A stretch of DNA of 58,359 bases from a bacterium (GTDB lineage Bacteria > Verrucomicrobiota > Kiritimatiellia > RFP12 > UBA1067), in assembly GCA_030537465.1 (NCBI GenBank), contig JAUNMP010000004.1, positions 1 to 58,359 of the forward strand, read 5' to 3'. Under the pieces are notes generated by a model that was not told the origin of the DNA, did no database searches, and saw only the letters and a list, made by a program, of their open reading frames with translations. A program made the position numbers and the translations under genes. Every line of letters begins with the position of its first letter. Positions within the stretch are counted from its first letter, which is position 1. Of the stretch, positions 56,101-58,359 are shown piece by piece.

Positions 56101-58173
56101 CGAGGCCTGGAGGTGGTGTGCGCGCAGAACTGCGCCCGTGGAGAGATTGAGCGCAAGCCCCATCCCCTCGGCACGGCAGAGATTGAAGTCATACGGCGCC
56201 ACGTCGTAGACATCGCCATCGCCCAGATCGACGACGCGTGCGTCCTCGGAACCATAGACCTGGACCTTCAGCGTGGCCGTCGTCGCCGATGTCTCGATCC
56301 AGCGACGATAGGAGATGCCGGATGCCAGACTAAACGTCTTCGCCAGGCGGCGCAGCGCGTCGGCATCCGACACCGGGACCGTCAACAGCGTATAGATACC
56401 AGTCGTGGACAAATCGTCGGACCAGGAATCGCCCGTCTTAAGATAGATCGTGCCAGCCTCGGCAGCGAACGAATCCGTCACCGTGAGCGGAGCCTCGGGT
56501 GTCACGTAGATCTGGCACGACGCGCCGACGTCCAGCGTCCGGAACGTCCGCGCGTGGTTGGAGAGATACAGGCGGGAACCGGCCTCGCAGATCACCTCGC
56601 TCGCCGCGGGCAGATCGCCGGTGGAGAGCCTCAATCCGGCATTCGCCTGAACTCGCGTCGGTCCCGCATAGAAGGTATTGGTCAGGATATTGAAGGCGAC
56701 GGAACCCGTCATGCCCGGCCCCGGCCGCAAGGTCAGACCTGCAGGCGCAAGACCGTCGACGGTGTTCGTCGCCACGAGCGGCACGGAAATCGTCAACGTG
56801 ACGCCTGGATTCGCCTGGAGCGTGAGGCCCTTCGCGCCGACCCACACGCAGTCCTTCGAAATACCGCTCCCTCCGGAGCCATCGCCGAAGATGTGCTGCG
56901 TCGAGGTGCCGTGGATCACACCGCCATCGACAAGCATGGTACACTGGGGCTTGGGATAGTCTGTCCAGCCGCCCCCGTGGAAGAATCGCTTCGTACGGAC
57001 CGTTCCGCCGTCACGGACCGTGAAGTTCCAGTCCATCGGCGCATTCACGTTGTAGGTCTCCAATCCCTCCAAGACATCCAGGACGCCATCGTCCGAAACG
57101 ACGAAATCGCCCGTCAACGTTGCAGACGAATTGGCCGAGGCCGCATACCCCAGGATCACATAGCGATTAACGGTGATCGTTCCGCCCGAAAGAAGAACCT
57201 GACTCTTGCAGCCGGCCGCTGCTGAAACGGTGAAATTCAAACCCGAGTCGCGAACCGTCAGCGCTCCCCCCGTCATCTCAAGGCATCCCAGCGAGCCGCT
57301 GGCGGCACCAAAACGCAGAACCTTGCGGTCAGACACATAGTCGGCGTCCAGAATATTCTCTCCACCTGTGATCCGGAGAACGGACCGTCCTCCCGACGCC
57401 GTCGACCCGGTATAGAAAGCCCCGTAGAAAATGTTCGTGCCACCGGCAAGCTCCAGCGTCGGCGTTGCCGCGCCGTAGTCGAACTTCGCACCGACCCGCG
57501 TCCCCCAGCGCTGCCCGAAAACGTTGACACCCCCGTCGATGCGGAGCGTGCCCTCCGCCACAGTGAGGCCCGCATAGCCCACCAACGGAGAATCGCCATT
57601 TGCGGGGAACTCCAGATTGGAAGACGAGGAGAGAGTCGATATGCAGGTGCGGGAACTGACGCCGAAGAAGTTCGTGGCGCCGTTGGGCGCGCCGTGGATC
57701 GTGAACGTGCCCGGCCCCTTCTTGATGAATGCGCCCGTGGGCTGCACCCAGTGTCCGTTGAAACCAAAGTCGGAGACGGCATCGACGATGACGGCGCGAT
57801 TGGTGTCACCACCCGTGAAGGCATTCGTCACGCAGTGTCCCAGCGTGGCGCCAGGCGCGCCCGTGTAGCGGAACGTGCCCGCGCCTAGAATCAGAGGACC
57901 GGAGGCGCCGAGCGAAGAGCGTACGCCCTCCGACGCCAGCGCCGTCGCCACGAGCGTCCCGCAACCGTTCGACGTCGTGCCCGTGTAGTCGTTGAAGCGT
58001 CCCAGCGTGACGATGCCGCCGCCGGACGCCCCCGGGTTCGTCTCGACGTCGAGCGTACCCGTAATGCGGTCGGAGACGTTCGTTGCCATGCCATTCCCCG
58101 GCGCGATCGTCATCGTCGCCGCCGAAAGTGCGAAACAGCCCACAGTCCAAATCGTGCAAATTCCCGTTTTCAT
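53194..58173 (-). CDS. large secreted beta-helical protein with autotransporter-associated beta-strand repeats, no beta-barrel
   Basis: signal peptide; FIKKGPGTF, LIKVGTGTLTL and GGLVKAGAGTLVLAAPNTFTGPT repeats; ends GSTLLVIR. Confidence 0.85.
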   Translation of the reverse strand: MKTGICTIWTVGCFALSAATMTIAPGNGMATNVSDRITGTLDVETNPGASGGGIVTLGRFNDYTGTTSNGCGTLVATALASEGVRSSLGASGPLILGAGTFRYTGAPGATLGHCVTNAFTGGDTNRAVIVDAVSDFGFNGHWVQPTGAFIKKGPGTFTIHGAPNGATNFFGVSSRTCISTLSSSSNLEFPANGDSPLVGYAGLTVAEGTLRIDGGVNVFGQRWGTRVGAKFDYGAATPTLELAGGTNIFYGAFYTGSTASGGRSVLRITGGENILDADYVSDRKVLRFGAASGSLGCLEMTGGALTVRDSGLNFTVSAAAGCKSQVLLSGGTITVNRYVILGYAASANSSATLTGDFVVSDDGVLDVLEGLETYNVNAPMDWNFTVRDGGTVRTKRFFHGGGWTDYPKPQCTMLVDGGVIHGTSTQHIFGDGSGGSGISKDCVWVGAKGLTLQANPGVTLTISVPLVATNTVDGLAPAGLTLRPGPGMTGSVAFNILTNTFYAGPTRVQANAGLRLSTGDLPAASEVICEAGSRLYLSNHARTFRTLDVGASCQIYVTPEAPLTVTDSFAAEAGTIYLKTGDSWSDDLSTTGIYTLLTVPVSDADALRRLAKTFSLASGISYRRWIETSATTATLKVQVYGSEDARVVDLGDGDVYDVAPYDFNLCRAEGMGLALNLSTGAVLRAHHLQASKVNDASVRVFFDGGAFQPVFAGENSYLRSVSEWIVGAGGAVFDLSASCDDPANATLYLNLKGVFRHDPDLGERPDGGLLATHGPVMLGGDFVCAFTGPVRVADGGRLTAVRDGEGTCVASNCRVEVAPGAAFENYNGYVVRTSDLTLGASGASSPTYLVVHTDSTGPSFAVTNALQVLSPIHVSVRKYDFPALTRTNPSESCTVLVFSSANSTVDPARFAINPADHPEYTATFTLEDYDDPDQPACDTALVMTCARKATPDPTWTATTGGGDWNSLPNWTGTDLPPNAESARAVFNPATAADVSVTIPTDGVTLRALTLDGAAGTGYALTGGSLALATYRTATPVLTATSGVHRVAVLQVADKLEIRTAENTDTSVSSVDVASLTGAGDVSANTSVSLGAGAVKLNTTGFTGTLTTGSGSTEVNDLSFATSADRLKTGASTFRYTGADTEFGGFQLNGGRATYFETDANLLARAPVATRSALIKVGTGTLTLGGTGSFAPTAGSGNNDNDRQMHANGDTPAGNYYGITVNEGTLAIGVAGDPSQAPTVAPTSSRAIALGTPQMPAKAGRACLQLNNGALSGDNITMSFYLNVSPVSGPITLRYEQNGGEATIWNYLRTGYNQGKKKARYEIEVNGGVLDLGAYVSLNYSDPSAANVVTNVFTVNGGVVNVGTYFEGNTAATKAAPTFVTLNGGRLTVANRFDFTKNAASPTVLDLNAGAVFEAGRVMQTKAGGTFNFNGGMFVPLGAADGTELKDLTAVNVSTNGAVIDTSKVAGGIFTIAQTLNHDARLGDELDGGLVKAGAGTLVLAAPNTFTGPTHVEDGVLKLAADGAIPAAVSVAYDGMLDLGGAERAVPVLVRAPGVVCNGTLALARGFEVAGDWEDEALCPFIDGNLTVASTAMIDLCLAETAEGPSSATVLPLACVAGTATVPNTIKAVRAGKVKRFALKMQSGMLLATPMSGSTLLVIR

Positions 58174-58209
58174 GCGGTGATTATACATAAAATGTGGATA
58201 ATCTGACAA
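58174..58209 (-). promoter_or_regulatory. putative sigma70 promoter TTGTCA-N18-TATAAT, 6 nt before ATG
   Basis: minus strand ttgtca gattatccacattttatg tataat caccgc atg. Confidence 0.65.
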
Positions 58210-58359
58210 GACCTTCTTGGCGATCCCTATACGTTCGGCATCATTCTCTGATTTCCTTCGGCGGGAAGTCTAGGAAATCTGGGTCAGGAAAGCATTCCAG
58301 TTCCGTTAGAGGTAATTGCAAAACCCCTCGGACACCCTGTCGCCGGCCCTGCCACCCGA

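Noticed and set aside
58250-58359. Inverted repeat gatttcct/aggaaatc and a possible IS end (gaggtaattgcaaaa) at the window edge
   Set aside because: Short, with no transposase or partner end visible; cannot be supported

Overview
GC-rich bacterial chromosomal window with no mobile element, phage, CRISPR array or rRNA that I can support. Gene content (PVC-type hypotheticals, Gld-like ABC system, HzsA-like protein, barrel-less autotransporter-repeat protein) suggests a PVC-superphylum anaerobe such as Kiritimatiellae; this is inference. I call 35 protein genes (33 on the minus strand, including a frameshifted rnr) plus tRNA-Cys(GCA). Much of the window encodes glycan-foraging enzymes (sialate O-acetylesterase, Asp-box sialidase, GH123, heparinase II/III-like lyase, GH88, GH106). 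All family calls come from motif recognition, not database searches. Most unusual observations: (1) a 12-kb cluster (26474-38260) in which a glycyl radical enzyme with an apparent Sec signal peptide, a non-canonical GCWN Cys loop and no activase in the window lies co-oriented with an esterase/HzsA-like dihaem fusion, two FGE-fold proteins and a secreted protein, opposite a PAS-AraC regulator; (2) about 13 degenerate 7-, 8- and 9-bp tandem-repeat tracts inserted in unrelated genes and gene junctions in both orientations, one of which coincides with a frameshift in RNase R; (3) a shared short C-terminal G-x-hydrophobic-R tag on two unrelated secreted proteins, a candidate sorting signal; (4) a 32-aa basic ORF, missed by the ORF track, just upstream of tRNA-Cys; (5) several apparently leaderless promoters.
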